Assembly (NCBI GenBank): GCA_973895155.1
Contig: OZ316899.1
Coordinates: forward strand, 9,422,287-9,486,286
DNA from: Marsupella aquatica
Taxonomy: Eukaryota; Plantae; Marchantiophyta
Length of the DNA: 64,000 nucleotides
Reading direction: 5' to 3'
Shown here: piece by piece, positions 1 to 12,665 of the stretch
Layout: each line of letters starts with the position of its first letter
How positions within the stretch are numbered: position 1 is the first letter of the stretch
Translations under genes and position numbers: made by a program
Notes under the pieces: model-generated
The model's input: only the letters and a program-made list of their open reading frames with translations
What the model was told of the DNA's origin: nothing
The model's database searches: none

Positions 1-3000
1 CTGGGTATGTGTTCAAATCCATGATGATGTCGCCAACACTCACTACCTCATTCATAACATTGCCAGCAGAAATGACATCCACTCCATTGTTGTGCAGGAA
101 AATAACCTCTGCTTCTGTAAGATTAGTACCACGAGAGACCGGAAACTTTGAAGGCAGTGGTGGTAGCACGCCGGTACTGAAAGGCAAAAAGGATTTTGTG
201 CAACAGTGATTGTTTGGGCAAAACCAATACAGATATGGAACACCTGGTTCATTAAATTTACTCCCCGCCAACCAACAAATACCAACAACACCCAATCCAC
301 TCACTTTCAATCCTGCCTCTCTAATAAATCGAGCACATACTCCCCGTTCCTTGCCTCTGAACGCACCTCTACAACCGAGACTCTTACCACATGTTGAGAT
401 GCGAGCCAGAAATAACGTCCGTGGCACCAAATCAGTTTCCTAAACATGTCTTTTGACGGGCTCCGGACGTGGGGTTGACCTTGTCATCCGTTGGAGAGGT
501 TCCACAATGACAACTTCAGGCTCGCCCAAGCCACTACCGCCATCGAAAGACAAATCCACAACTTCAAGATCTGTGCTTTTTAAGGTTGCATCCCTGTTTG
601 CAACCCCCTTGAACTTCCTCTTCTTTGGTCTCGTTACCATAACAATGTCAGGCCTGTGTGAATCTTCTACTACCACATGAGTGCCAGAAACGGCCTTCCC
701 GCGCTTCATAGAAACCGTTTCTACATCTCCGCTAAGTGGGTCTGCCAACAAGAACTTACGCAATTCTGGTTGAGTTATAACTGTGTTCAATTTTGAAAAG
801 AAAGATTCCACATTCCCAACAGCAGTAACGTCTCGAAGTCGGAGTTCAAATAGGCTCGGTCCCCGCCCTTTCCTCCCACTGTGTTGGTAGTGCTCCAAAG
901 ATGCAACCTGGCTCAATGCTCGAGTTGCATCTAAGTTACAGGACTGTGCTAACCCAACCTTTCTATTAGAGGACCATTTTTACATGACCGCATGCACCGA
1001 CTCTGCCCCACTGTGGTTAGGCATCAGCGCAGCCTTTTCTTTGTCCATCTCCTACAATTTCCAAGAAGAATGTCAATACAATTGGAAACATATCTCAGCG
1101 ACCTTTGCCAATATTTGATAGAAAGCGTTACAGACAGAGGTCGTCCAATTGAACATCCCTTCAACTGACCCCATGTCAACGAGCTTCGCCAAGATTTGAC
1201 GGATTTCATGCATATAGAGGAAAAGCGTTAGACACTTATGAGTCTCAAAAAAATTCCCCATTGAGAAAACCGAACAATCCACCAAGACATCCACGTTGTG
1301 AGCTCCTTTGCTTTTTCGGGTAGCGCGTTGCCCTCGCTCCACCACGTCTTAAGCTTCTCAAAAACTCAAAATGCAAGAACTATGTTGCCGGTGTGTCGAA
1401 GCAAATCTAGAATTTCCTTATGCTCAAATCTATTCTATGGGACAATGTGCTTCTGCACCCTCTCCACTGATTGGGCCCAGTGAAACGCATCAGACTTCTC
1501 TCTATGGGTATTTACCTTTCCATCCCAAAATTCATTGCGGATTGCATTCCACCCAGCAGCAGCATTATCAGCCATAAAGCCACAACATTCTTCAGCCCAT
1601 GTTCTCCGCACACCCTCCTCATGACCTTCCATGCAGTTTGTAATGCCGCACTATCTTCTGAAACCAGCTCACAAACAAAGATTGTGCACAGGCCCCGATA
1701 GAAATGGTCATACAAGTGTGCTGACATGGTGCACCATTTGTTGTCAAGTATACGATGCACCACATCAGACATCACCCATGAATGCTTGAGATCCCCGCCT
1801 GGCTGCATTCTTTGAACAAGGTCCACCCCGGAACCAGGACCTTTTGTACTCTTTTAAAAATGTGCGGTCGCTCGTCTGTTCCCACATTCTGGGATGGGAA
1901 CAAAACACTTTGGATAAACAGAAAGGCAGTCACCTTCCGCATCTTCAGTATCATGTGAAGATCAGACAACACATGACTGTACTTCTTGATGCTCCTAATC
2001 ATAGAGCAAAAAACGGATTCATCACCGAGGATGGACAACATTTCATTAAGGTCTCTTGCCTCCTCAGATGTCACCATTTCAGCCACTGGGTCTTCAAGGA
2101 TATCTTTAAGTTTCTGTATTGCCTTGCCCTTGATAACAGATGGCATAGCAGTCGGACTCCTCTTCAGCTCCACCTCCACAAGATTGCGCACAACTGATTG
2201 TTGATCCTTGTTATGCGTGAACATTGCAGGATGGGTGCAATTTCCTATATGCATCGCAACACGAGACTTGTGACAATAATTCACGTCATCCTTGGTTGGA
2301 GTGATATAGTACATCTCACTTGGGCATTGAGCTATACACCTGGGAGGCCTCTTGCAGTATGTACAAATTACGCTCGATGGGGGAACATTGCGTCCAACAG
2401 GGAAAGGTAGCTCATTTGTGCCTGCTCAATCTCAGGTCCACTTTGCAGAATTGTGCTCTTGTCGTTGTTGAAAATTTTCACAATCCTCATGCAGACATCG
2501 TAGAGACCCCAAACACTTGACGCTTTGGATCTTGTACAAGTGACTATTGTTGTTCAGCTTTGGGCCAATGTTTGCTCCCGTCTCAATTAACCGGCTCCAC
2601 ATGTAACAATCGTTCTTGTGCTCCATCCCAAAGAAGAAACAACCCTTAGAGTATGGACCTATAAAGGGTGGCAACTCAAAAATATGGTCTCCATCATAGA
2701 ATTTTGGCAATTACAGAACTCTCTCGGGCAATTTCATGCTCAAAATCTTACGAGCAGCTTGTACACAACGAGAGGTCCCTTTTCCGTGCAACATGGCATG
2801 AACAACATTAACAAGGAACTCATCCTTCCATACCGAATCACCACCTTGGAGACCCTCGCGAAGGATGGATGCCTTTGAATGAGGTGTCTCCTTTGGTTGA
2901 CGATAACAAGCTCCACAATCCTCCCAGAATTGGGATGTGTTTGACTGAGGTGTATTCATTGGTGAAGGTTCACCATCTTGGAGACCCCCTTGGACATGAA

Positions 3001-3475
3001 TCCCACTGGATCGAGGTGTCTCCTTTGGTGGAGTATCACCATCTCCGAGATCCTCCCACATTTGAAATGAATTTGACCGAGGGGTACTCGTCCGAGAAGG
3101 TTCTTCATGATGGAGACCCTCTTTGACATGGTGTGCACTTGGTATGCACCCCGTCTTTCTACAGAGAATATAAGATGCGCCATACTTCAGGTACCACTCT
3201 CGCTCATCTCCATCTCCATCTCCATCTCCTTTGGATTCATCAGACGTGGACAACCCGTCCTTGCTCTCCTCATAAATCATGAAATCCCCTACCTTCAAAC
3301 CAAAATGGCTCACTACTTCATGTTCCTTAGTCACTCGGACAATGTCAACATTAGAATTACAAAAAACAACTACATCCCCCGTTAAAGATGTGATAATCAC
3401 AAGAGAGGCCATGTTTCCCAAATCCACATAGGGAATGATCTGACATCCCTTAAAATGACAAACTTTGAGGCTCAA
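1..3475 (-). pseudogene. Mutator-like (MULE) DDE transposase with GCM-like N-terminal zinc/DNA-binding domain; frameshifted, runs off the window start
   Basis: Fragments in several frames: CLGSLRCLHEDC..N...W (GCM-like, 2432-2710), MSDVVHR (first D), GFMADNAAAGWNAI (second D), DAFHWAQ (degenerate CxxH motif) and PNHSGAESVHA (catalytic E, ~990-1025). The order matches MULE transposases. Confidence 0.75.
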
Positions 3476-3789
3476 CGTTAAAGCACCTGTACGTACCAGT
3501 TACGGCCAAGAATACCATTACGGACAACGTGCGTAGAGAAATCGTATGACCCGGAACGATACTTATAATGATACAACGTGCGTAGAACGACCGTATGACC
3601 CGCAACGTACTTATAATGATAATTGTACCGCAAAGAAGGTACCTATGCCAGCAGCCGCCAAGAAGGTACATTTCTGCAATGTGTGGATGTGGTACGTTCT
3701 GCACGTCGTGGTCTTGAAGGTCCCATCATGCGGGCCCACAATCCCTTGTGCGGGCCCGATCCCCTCTTTGCCCTACATCAGCTTTTTAT

Positions 3790-5400
3790 CCCTACTACTC
3801 GGCGAGGGTCTCTGAGATCTATTCGGGACTCTTGGGGCCCACACTCCTGTGCAAGCTTGAGTTTCACAGTAGGAAATTTGTTGACTTTTCAACATTGACT
3901 ATTCAACATTGACTATTCAACATTGACTCTCCAAGTTGGAGCATCATCAACTTTTTATCCCTACTCCTACTCGGCGAGGGTCTCTGAGATCTATTCGGGA
4001 CTCCTGGGGCCCACACTCCTGTGCAAGCGAGAGTTTCTCAGTAGGAGATTTGTTGTTTTTGCAACATTGACTATTCAACATCGACTCTCCGAGTCGGAGC
4101 ATCATTGATTTTTTATCCCTACTCCTACTCGGTGAGGGTCTCTGAGATCTATCCGGGACTCCTGGGGCCCACACTCCTGTGCAAGTGAGAGTTTCTCAAT
4201 AGGAAATTTGTTGTTTATGCAACATTGACTGTTCAACATCGACTCTCCGAGTCGGAGCATCATCAACTTTTGATTCCGTCTCTTACTCGGTGAGGGTCTT
4301 TGAGATGGATTTGGATGTATGATTCCCAGATTGCCTCCTTGGCGCAGGTCTACTTCAGAGTTTGGTGTCGGTTGTTTGGAGTGCATATCATACTCAGCGA
4401 GCCTCTCTGAGATATATTTGAGCATTGTAAAGGAGAGAAAACGCCAGTTTGTACGGATATTTGCAAAACAATTATGGATTCATGGTATGGAGAAGCGTTT
4501 CTAGTTCCATAATCCCATTTCGGGGAGGGTCTCTGAGATATATTCGAGCATTGTAGAGGAAAAAACACCCAATTTGGAGTTGCCGAGTCATTTTGTATGG
4601 ATAATTGTAAAAAGTTTATGGATTTATGGTACGAAGAAGTGTTTCTAGTTCCATAGTCCCATTTCGGCGAGGGTCTCCGACATCTTGGGTCCCACGGCGG
4701 GGGACTAGTGCCTCTCAATTCCATCTCAGAGAGGGTCTTCGAGAGACACGATGCCTGATCTGCCTTACCTTTCCTCCCGTGATATGGTCCAAGAGTTTAG
4801 AGGCATTGCCATTTCATGCACACTACTCCTTCTCGAAGAGGGTCTCCAAGAGTACAAGGTGTCTAAAGTTCTTCATCTCCTAGATAAAGTGAAGACATTT
4901 GGGGCACGCCTTTCTATGTTGGTGAGGGTCTTTGACATGGAGCAGGGGTCTTTTGGATTAGATTGTCAACTTCCTTGTCCACAATCCTCTTTTGCGAGTG
5001 TCTCAAAATATGATGACTGCCAGATGTGGCACACCACGCCATCTTGGAGAGGGTCTTCAAGATCTATCGGTGCTGTCTCATTGCAGCTTTGTATACCCCA
5101 CCCAAGGGTATATAGGTTTAGGGTTTAGAGGTCTTTGTATTGGCCCACTATCCAATCTTGGCGAGGGTCTTTGAGATTTGGACTCGTATTGTGGGCCCCC
5201 ATTCCCTCTTTGGGACGAGGCTCCGAGATGTTGACACGTCTCAGTATTGGCCCGCTATCCATTCTTGGCAAGGGTCTTTGAGATTTGGACTCGTATTATG
5301 GGCCCCCATTCCCTCTTTGGGACGAGGCTCCGAGATGTTGACACGTCTCAGTATGGGCCGCAATTAATTGTCGGTGAGGGTCTTTGAGATTTGGACCCTA
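3790..5400. repeat. Tandem and dispersed repeat array (~110-150 bp units) built on motif A (CTCGGCGAGGGTCTCYGAGA)
   Basis: tactcggcgagggtctctgagatctattcgggactc or close variants recur at ~3796, 3968 and 4127, with a more diverged copy at 4283. ~110-bp units at 5140-5400. Lies between the divergent transposase and ParB-like genes. Confidence 0.9.
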
Positions 5401-6298
5401 AATCTCATACCCCCGTACTGGGCCGTAAACCCTAGAACCTTACGTACTTTCTTGTTTGGCCGCGTACTTTCTTGTTTGGCCCGTTAATTAACAAGATGTA
5501 CGTTCTCTAGTATAGTTTGGATCTCCCGTATCCATGTACTTGTGTGCAGTGCGGTACCGGGGATCTCTCGTATCCATGGCGTACTTCCGTGCGGTGCGGT
5601 ATGTGCGGTACGAGAGTCCTTCCTTAGTACTTCCGTGCGGTGCGGTACGTGCAGTACGAGGGTCCTTCTTCCTTACTCTTCTCATCACTCTTGCTCTTCA
5701 AGCTTTGTTAGGGCTTTCAACATCGTTCTCACTTATTCCTGCGCTTCCTCACTCTTCATTATTCACTCCCCGTCTCATTCACTCCCCGTTATTCCTCACG
5801 CATCCTCGCTCTTCCTAGGTCGCCTCCGCTCTTTGTCCCAGTCTTCCAATCACGTTGGCTTTCCTCTCTTCCACTTATTCTTGGCAAGTATGGCCGTGTG
5901 CCCTGGTTTGCAAAGGTGTTTTGAAGGGCTTCACCTTGGCGGCGGTCGAGTCTCGTAGTTTCAAGCTCTATGCTAGTTGGCAAAGGTGATTTGAAGGTCT
6001 CAGTCTGGTTTGAGCTCGGCAGCGGTCGACTCTCGAAGTTTCAAGATTTGTGCTACAAAGGGTGATTTGAAGGTCTTAGTCGGCAGTGGTCGAATCACTC
6101 TCAGCGGGTTGTAGTTTCAAGCGCGGTGCTTCACCCATCTTCGAGGTTGGATCTTTTGTTCATTGCATGACTGTCTACACGATTTGAATGTATGTTGCAA
6201 GCTCGACATGTCAAAACTTTTGCTCGGCGGGCCTCGCCAAGATGTATGGTTATTGTGAAGTAATTCTTGAATGTTTTCTCATGTAATCTTAGATCACA

Positions 6299-9200
6299 AT
6301 GGTGAAGAGGAAAGACTTGGCTGGTTCTGTCGCTGGACCTGTTGATAGCGGAACTTCTCAGCGGAGTAAGAAACAACGGTCTTCGTCCCCTTCGCCAGTG
6401 ACATCTCAACTAACATGCTCACAAGGTGGTCCCCTTGTGGAGTTAGTGGACTCAAGGAGGAAGTTTGAGCCAAAGCAAATATCGTTCGAGCCAATAGGAG
6501 CAGCGGAATTAGCAGATATTGCATAGAAAGGAGCTTGGGAGTCGATCGTCTCCAAGTATGAGAAAAAGTTTGAAAAGGATCCTCCCCGGATCCCCTTATG
6601 CCGGCTCATGCCAATGGAGGCCGTCAGGAATCTTCATGATGAGTCAGTGGTCAAACTAAAAAAAGGATTCAGAGAGAGCGGCTATGTTGTAAAGCTCAGC
6701 AAGTTCCACATCACTAAGTTCAATGAAGCAGGGGAGACGAGGACAGTGGCAGAGTTCAAGCCCTATTGGGACTCGCTGTGGACTGAAATCAATGAGCAGT
6801 TTGAGCAAGAGTGCGATGCACCAGAGAACTTCAAAATGCTCAAGGACAAGATGTTTTGGGTTTTTTACGGAAACCATAGGTACACAGCTTGGTCTGCAGT
6901 TGCGGAGGAGTTCCAGATCAACCGCAGTACCATCCGTGTGTCAGATTCTCTCTTTTGAACGCTGGAAAGGACGGATTCAAGAAGGTTGAGCAAGCAATGC
7001 ACGCTCTGAACTTGTAAGTAACTCACATTTTGCAACAACAGGTATACAATATTGTTTCCCTTGTGTGGATACCCTATTGGCAATCTGTCAAAGATTGCCC
7101 TGTTTGAATGCTAGACCTAAGAACATTCTTTGCCGTGTCCAGGATAAGCGCGACTGTCGTGAGAACGTCATGGTTCAATGATGCCGATTGGGTGGCAAAG
7201 CTGTTGAACACTCCATTGGAGGAGTACACACTCGCTTATGTCAAAGGAGACGTTGGAGGGTTTCCTCGAGGCTCAAAATCGTGGCCACGAGAAGACTTGG
7301 TATTCCAAGAACATGACAAAAGAGGCAACTGTGTACATCATGAGCTGGTCAAACATTGAAGCAGGGCAAATCAATATATCAAAGGAAATGGCACAAGACG
7401 CAGGTTGTGGGCACCCGTGGAATGCCAAGAGACTTAAGCATGAGACTAAAGCAATGATTACTGTTGCGTGCAAGAGCTGGGACACTAAGTTCCCCAAGCT
7501 TGCAGCCTACGTGAATCCAGCTAATGGAGCTTAATTCATCCCGGCATGTCGACAGCTCTATCACAAGTTGGCAAAGGAGGCCAAGCAGGGTGTCATGAAT
7601 GTGCAGGTTGGATTGGACAGGATCCGCTTGTTTTTTGGGGCTTGGTTAACTGTAGAGTGCAGATTAAAACTCTTGAAGGCTCATTTTGGAACGGAGGAAG
7701 ATAGGAGTAGGTATCACCATCCACGTAGCAATTGTGATTCACCGGTTAGATCATGGCTAGCAGTGTGGTCAATGTGGTGTTACATCGACTACGTTGGTTG
7801 TATCTTGTTGACCGATTTTGCTGAGAAGGCCTACCAGCCTGGCAATTTTAGCGGAACGTGAGAGGAATTTGTTGAGCTTAATTTATAGAAAGCTTTACCG
7901 ATCTTATGTGCAAGAGAAATCCTTAAAAGTAGGCGGTGACATTTGGAATGAAGGGAATACCAAATTGGCATTTTGGGAAGCGTGGATAAAGCAAAAAAAG
8001 TGGTGCGTGACAAGATTTCTCATACATCAGGAGAACATGAATGCAACAATGTTGAAACAACTACCATTGGCAATTAGATCTTGGATGGAGGCTACAGGTA
8101 GCCTTAGCATGTATCCATGTGATGGTCACATGCCTCATGGCAGAGTATTCTCGGATTGGGAATGGAGGAACTGCCCATGGTACATGGAGTATGACAATTG
8201 GAACATTTTTCTCGAGGTTGCCGAGAAGGATAGTGCAGACCTGCTCAAAGAAGCATAGGAACCTAGTAATTACTACGATATAACAAAGTTGCGACAACTG
8301 TCAGATTCAATAACGGAGGCAACAGAGGTGGAGACCCTTATCCCAACTGACCCTGCCTATGACAGGAAGAAGGCCAGAAAAGAAGGTGAACGGAAGGTTG
8401 AGAAGGAACCATCAAGCAACATCAGTCAGTCTGACTCTCTAACCAGTCCAAGAAAAACATCAGGTATTACTCGATTCCTTTTGCACTGCATAGTGGTTTC
8501 ATTTGGAACTACATCTTGGTTGGGTTTGCTAACATAGTACTGAACCAATTTCGGGGTCGTTGAGATAGACTGCATCTCATCTTGGCGAGGCTTGCTGAGA
8601 ACAAACAAGTTTCAGTCGCATCTCGTCCAAACCCTTGGATCTCATCTCGGCGAGGCTCGCTGAGAAGAACATCCAAATGTCATCCGGACCCTTGGAGATA
8701 AAGTATAACGTCTAGCGTCTATGGATCTCATCTCGGCAAGGCTCGCTGAGAAGAACAGCCAAATGTCGTCCGGACCTTTGGAGATGAAGTATAATGTCAA
8801 GTGTCTGGATGTCATGTCGGCGAGGCTCGCTGAGAAGCTTAGGATCAATAACCCCATTGCTTTGCAATCTATCCAGGTATGAAGGAGATACCGGAGGAAC
8901 CAGCTTCTGTAAAAAGCAAGGTTGTAGAAGTGGCTTCAAAGCCAATTATAGAGAAGGCTCCACAGCCAACAATAGAGTCAACTACAAAACCAACTACAGA
9001 ACCAATGATAGAGCCGGCTACACTACAACAAGGCAACCAGCAAGTGGAGCAACAAAGCATGCAGCCTTCGACAGAGCCAATGGTAGACCAGCCTCTGGAC
9101 CAACAAAGCAAGCAACAACAAGAGCATGACACATCCCAGGGAGAGAACGCAACCCAAGGAGGGGATCATTCAGACGACGTACGGGTAGATAACAAAGGAG

Positions 9201-10581
9201 AAGATGAACGGGTAGAGGACAAAGGAGAAGACAAATGGTTAGAGGACGAAGGAGAAGACGAACAAGAGGGGCATGAGTCTGATACTTTGGCGCCAAAATG
9301 GATGCCATTATCCTCAAGGCCAAACACAAAGGCTACAAAAATGACCAAAACAACGAGGCCCAAACCTCGCCGTGCAAAAGCACGTGACACTTAGCTTGAA
9401 GACATTCGGCCAGGCCCCATAGAGCAACCCCCGCCTAGCACCATACCACAACCCCCGCCCAGCCCAATAGAGGTTCCGCCCACGACAATCCAACATGAGG
9501 CCCCAACGGATGGCCCAAATTACAAAGAGGACGTTGAAGTGCAATATGTCGAACCGGAGTCGGATGGCACAGAGGTGGTTGGAGTTCGGCGTTCAAGCGC
9601 CGATAACTTTTCTTCCCCGCTCAGGCATTGTTATTTTAAATGGTCTTCGTATCTTTTCAAAACTTACTTTGACGCTGCCAATGACAGTAAAGAACCGGCT
9701 GTGGTACTCCGTTTTAGAGACTGGTGCAGAAAGCTTAGGCGGGGTGGTTTGGCTGCAGAAGGCTGGGCAGAAGGCTGGGTAAAGAACGGGAAGCCTGCAA
9801 GGTCTGGTGCAAATCTGATTCTGATTCAAATGGGATCAGACACCCGCATGCACGCAGATGGGAACATCCCATTGTGGAATTTGTTCCGGCCAGACGACCT
9901 CAGTCGGGTTGAGGATTTTGCACAAGTTTTCCTCAATGATGAGGGATTGTTTGGCATAGTGCACAGTGCTTTGGTTGCCCACTCCGCAGTACTTTGTGAC
10001 AGTCTCAATTACGAAGAGACCAATTGGGTGCTGAAAGACACCTTTTTCATCTAGAACGCCACACCCACCTTTGACTTCACGACTCAAAAGCGGGTAAGTC
10101 TAATAGATTTAACTCCATTCTTGTCTTATGTTCTTTCGGTGACTTGTACTCAGAAAGACTCATCACTGACTTTGTTCTGTACATCCAGAGTGAATATCTC
10201 AAGCTGGACCTTTGGGGATTTAAATCGTCTGCCAAGGTATGCCCAAAGGATGACGTGAAGCCAATCAGTGTCGAGCTTGATATGAAGTTGAGGAACGGGC
10301 TAACTAACTATACAACGGGTCAGAATGAGACCATTGATGATTTTGGTGGCACCTTGTCTCCAACTACACTCCAATGTATAATAGAATATACAACTAAGCC
10401 AAGGGGAACTGTTGTCACGTTCAATGCACACTTTGGGGCTATCTTTAAGGCTGGTGAGAACTGTGGGTGGATGGTCTTTGGGACCGTATCCTATCCGTAC
10501 TTCAAATCTTATGCATTAGACACGATGATAGAGTTCGTTGGAGTGCCTCTAACGGAGCAAGAGGAGGCAGTGGATCGTTGA
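6299..10581 (+). pseudogene. ParB-like domain + degenerate beta-class N4/N6 DNA-methyltransferase-like fusion, copy A (multi-exon, stops and frameshifts)
   Basis: PPRIPLCRL..VR....V.KLKKGF..SGY...FWVFYGNHRYTAW (GNHR at ~6869-6880). C-terminal LSPTTLQCIIEYTTKPRGTVVTFNAHFGAIFKAGENCGWMVFG resembles the N6_N4_Mtase motif X-I-II region. Colinear homology with 56196-60318. GT-AG introns at ~7016-7143, ~8464-8876 and ~10094-10187. Confidence 0.7.
8575..8842. repeat. ~88-bp tandem repeat (about 3 copies) inside an intron, each carrying palindrome TCTCGGCGAG-G-CTCGCTGAGA
   Basis: Near-perfect 10-bp-arm palindrome at 8645-8665; variants at ~8580, 8731 and 8815. Confidence 0.9.
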
Positions 10582-10677
10582 ACATCCAATCTAGAAAAGT
10601 GCAAGAAGAAAAAGCCTTCATGTGAGTTTACTACTGTTTCCCTTCAATGATTTTAATATTGTCCCATAGTATTTCAA

Positions 10678-11030
10678 CGGACTCTCCGAGATGGCTCTCC
10701 ATCTGGGCAAATCCATCTCGGCTGACCTCTCCGAGATGCATGTCGGCGGGCCTAGCCGAGAGGATTGAATCTGGCCCGGGCACTTTGAGATTTGCTGGAA
10801 AGTCCCTCTCAACTGGCCTCTTCGAGATGCATGTTGGCGGGCCTTGCCAAGAGGAATCGCATCTGGCCCGGGCATATTCAGATTTCCAGGCAAGTCCATC
10901 TCAGCGGGCCTCGCCCAGATGAATCCCGGGTGGCCTGGCCATGTCAACTTCTACTGGCAAGTCCACGTAGGGCCTTAGATGCGTCTGAAGGGACAAAAAT
11001 ACATCTTGGCTAGCCTCTTTGAGATCTATC
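10678..11030. repeat. ~89-bp tandem repeats with motif A variants between the MTase-like exon and the Ulp1 ORF
   Basis: gagatgcatgtyggcgggcct..cc.agagga...atctggcccgggca repeated; tctcagcgggcctcgcccaga at ~10899. Confidence 0.8.
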
Positions 11031-11596
11031 TTGAAAGGCAACTCAATGGATTATCTGGGGTGTCCATATCAGCTCACTTGCCCCACAAATTTGTTCTTGT
11101 GATCCGTCTATTTCGGCGCAATACATGATTTGATTTAAGCATAACTTAGTAGCAGTTCTCGACAGGACCACCGAGTCGGCAACCGAGGAATGGGACACAC
11201 AGGACAGACGACTTGTGAAGCTTGCTTGGGAGGAAGCTTTGGCATTATTCTCTCCGGAGAAGTCAAGCCTACCGTGCTACACTGATATGTATCATGAAGA
11301 AAGCGTTGCTCATTGTGTGAAAGAGAGAACAAGGAAGACTCTCAAATTTGTCGATGATAGGGCAGAAGAGGCTGAATCGGATGAGAGTAGCTTGGTAGGA
11401 AGTGATAGTGATAGTCTCCAAACTCACTATGCAAGCATAAGTTTGTCAAGCTCCAATTCCGAAGAGTAATTTTTGGGTGAATTTACCTTCATTGCAGCTC
11501 AGAAGCAAAGTGAGCCACAACAACCAGTTGACGAGGCAGTGACTGCCCAGCAAGGAGTCAATAGGGGGTGCCTATGCACCAACAACCGAATCAGGG

Positions 11597-12294
11597 GTGC
11601 CTGCACAACGACATCAACCCGCCATACTTGCGACCATAGTCAAAGAAGCATTAGACCCCAATAGGGACCAAGATGAAGTCCTAGTCAGCCTCGGCGACTT
11701 AAAATTGAAGAGAAAAGATTTTAAATGCTTGAGGGCAAAAAAATGGCTCACTTGCGACATCATCAATGCTTACATTCCTCTATTGGAGCGTAGAGCAGAG
11801 GTCATTGCAAAACCCTAATGCATGCTTTTGCCCATACATTTTTACAATGTCTTGACGCATCCTGCGTACAGCTTCAACGCAGCATTGGCATTTGTGAAGG
11901 GCATTGACGTCTTTCCATTTGACCTCATTCTAATCCCCATCCACAAGCAAAACATTGGGTACTAGCTGTGGTCGATTTTACTTTGTAGCAACTACATTTG
12001 CTCGATCCCATTGGAGGCGAAGCATCAGAATGCAACGATTTGGTGAATGTCAGTCAGTTTCTCCATGACCTGTCCCGCTTGCGCAGTTGTCCCCACTTAT
12101 CGCCATTACAATGGCAACGCATCATCCGCGATGATATTCCAGCCCAACCCGATAGTTACAATTGTGGAGTATATGTCATAATGTACATGGAGCGTCTTTC
12201 TAGAGGCTCTGTATTGGCGGTTGACCCTAAACATTTACTGCTTATACGACAAAAGATTATTGTAGACCTAATCTGCCAGACGATCAGTTTGTAG
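11597..12294 (+). pseudogene. Ulp1-like SUMO protease (peptidase C48) catalytic domain, copy A
   Basis: DFKCLRAKKWLTCDIINAY, ILIPIH..HWVLAVVDF, LLDP and IPAQPDSYNCGVYV give a recognisable His-Asp-Cys triad, split by stops and a frameshift. Confidence 0.9.
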
Positions 12295-12602
12295 ATAGAG
12301 GATCGATGGATTGCCTTTGTGAATATTTCACAACAGAGCAACATGTTGTATACAAAGTAAAATAAAAATTTCCTCCAAAGGTTATGTTCTGGTCCTGTAC
12401 TTTCTACGCTGGACCCCGTGTTGTTTTTCAATGTCATGCCGAGCTCTCCTGGATAAGTTGGCAAGGGTCTTTGAGATGAATCGAAAGGGACGTGTTGTAT
12501 GGACTCTGTTGTACGATGTGTTGTATGGATCCTTTTTGAGATTTAGTAGCTTAGGGTTTAGGGTTTATGATATATCAAAGACCCTGTGTGAGAAGTTTTT
12601 TT

Positions 12603-12665
12603 TTTCCTTGAACTTCAGTTGAATCTTGATGGGGCTCGCCGAGATTCAACTGAACTTCAAGGAAA
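12603..12665. repeat. 63-bp hairpin (26-bp arms, 2 mismatches) whose centre is a motif A variant
   Basis: tttccttgaacttcagttgaatcttg (12603-12628) pairs with cgagattcaactgaacttcaaggaaa (12640-12665). Confidence 0.9.

Noticed and set aside
6299-10581. Bacterial contamination or prophage as the source of the ParB/MTase genes
   Set aside because: The genes have GT-AG introns, are interleaved with plant LTR and CACTA elements, and lack operon structure.
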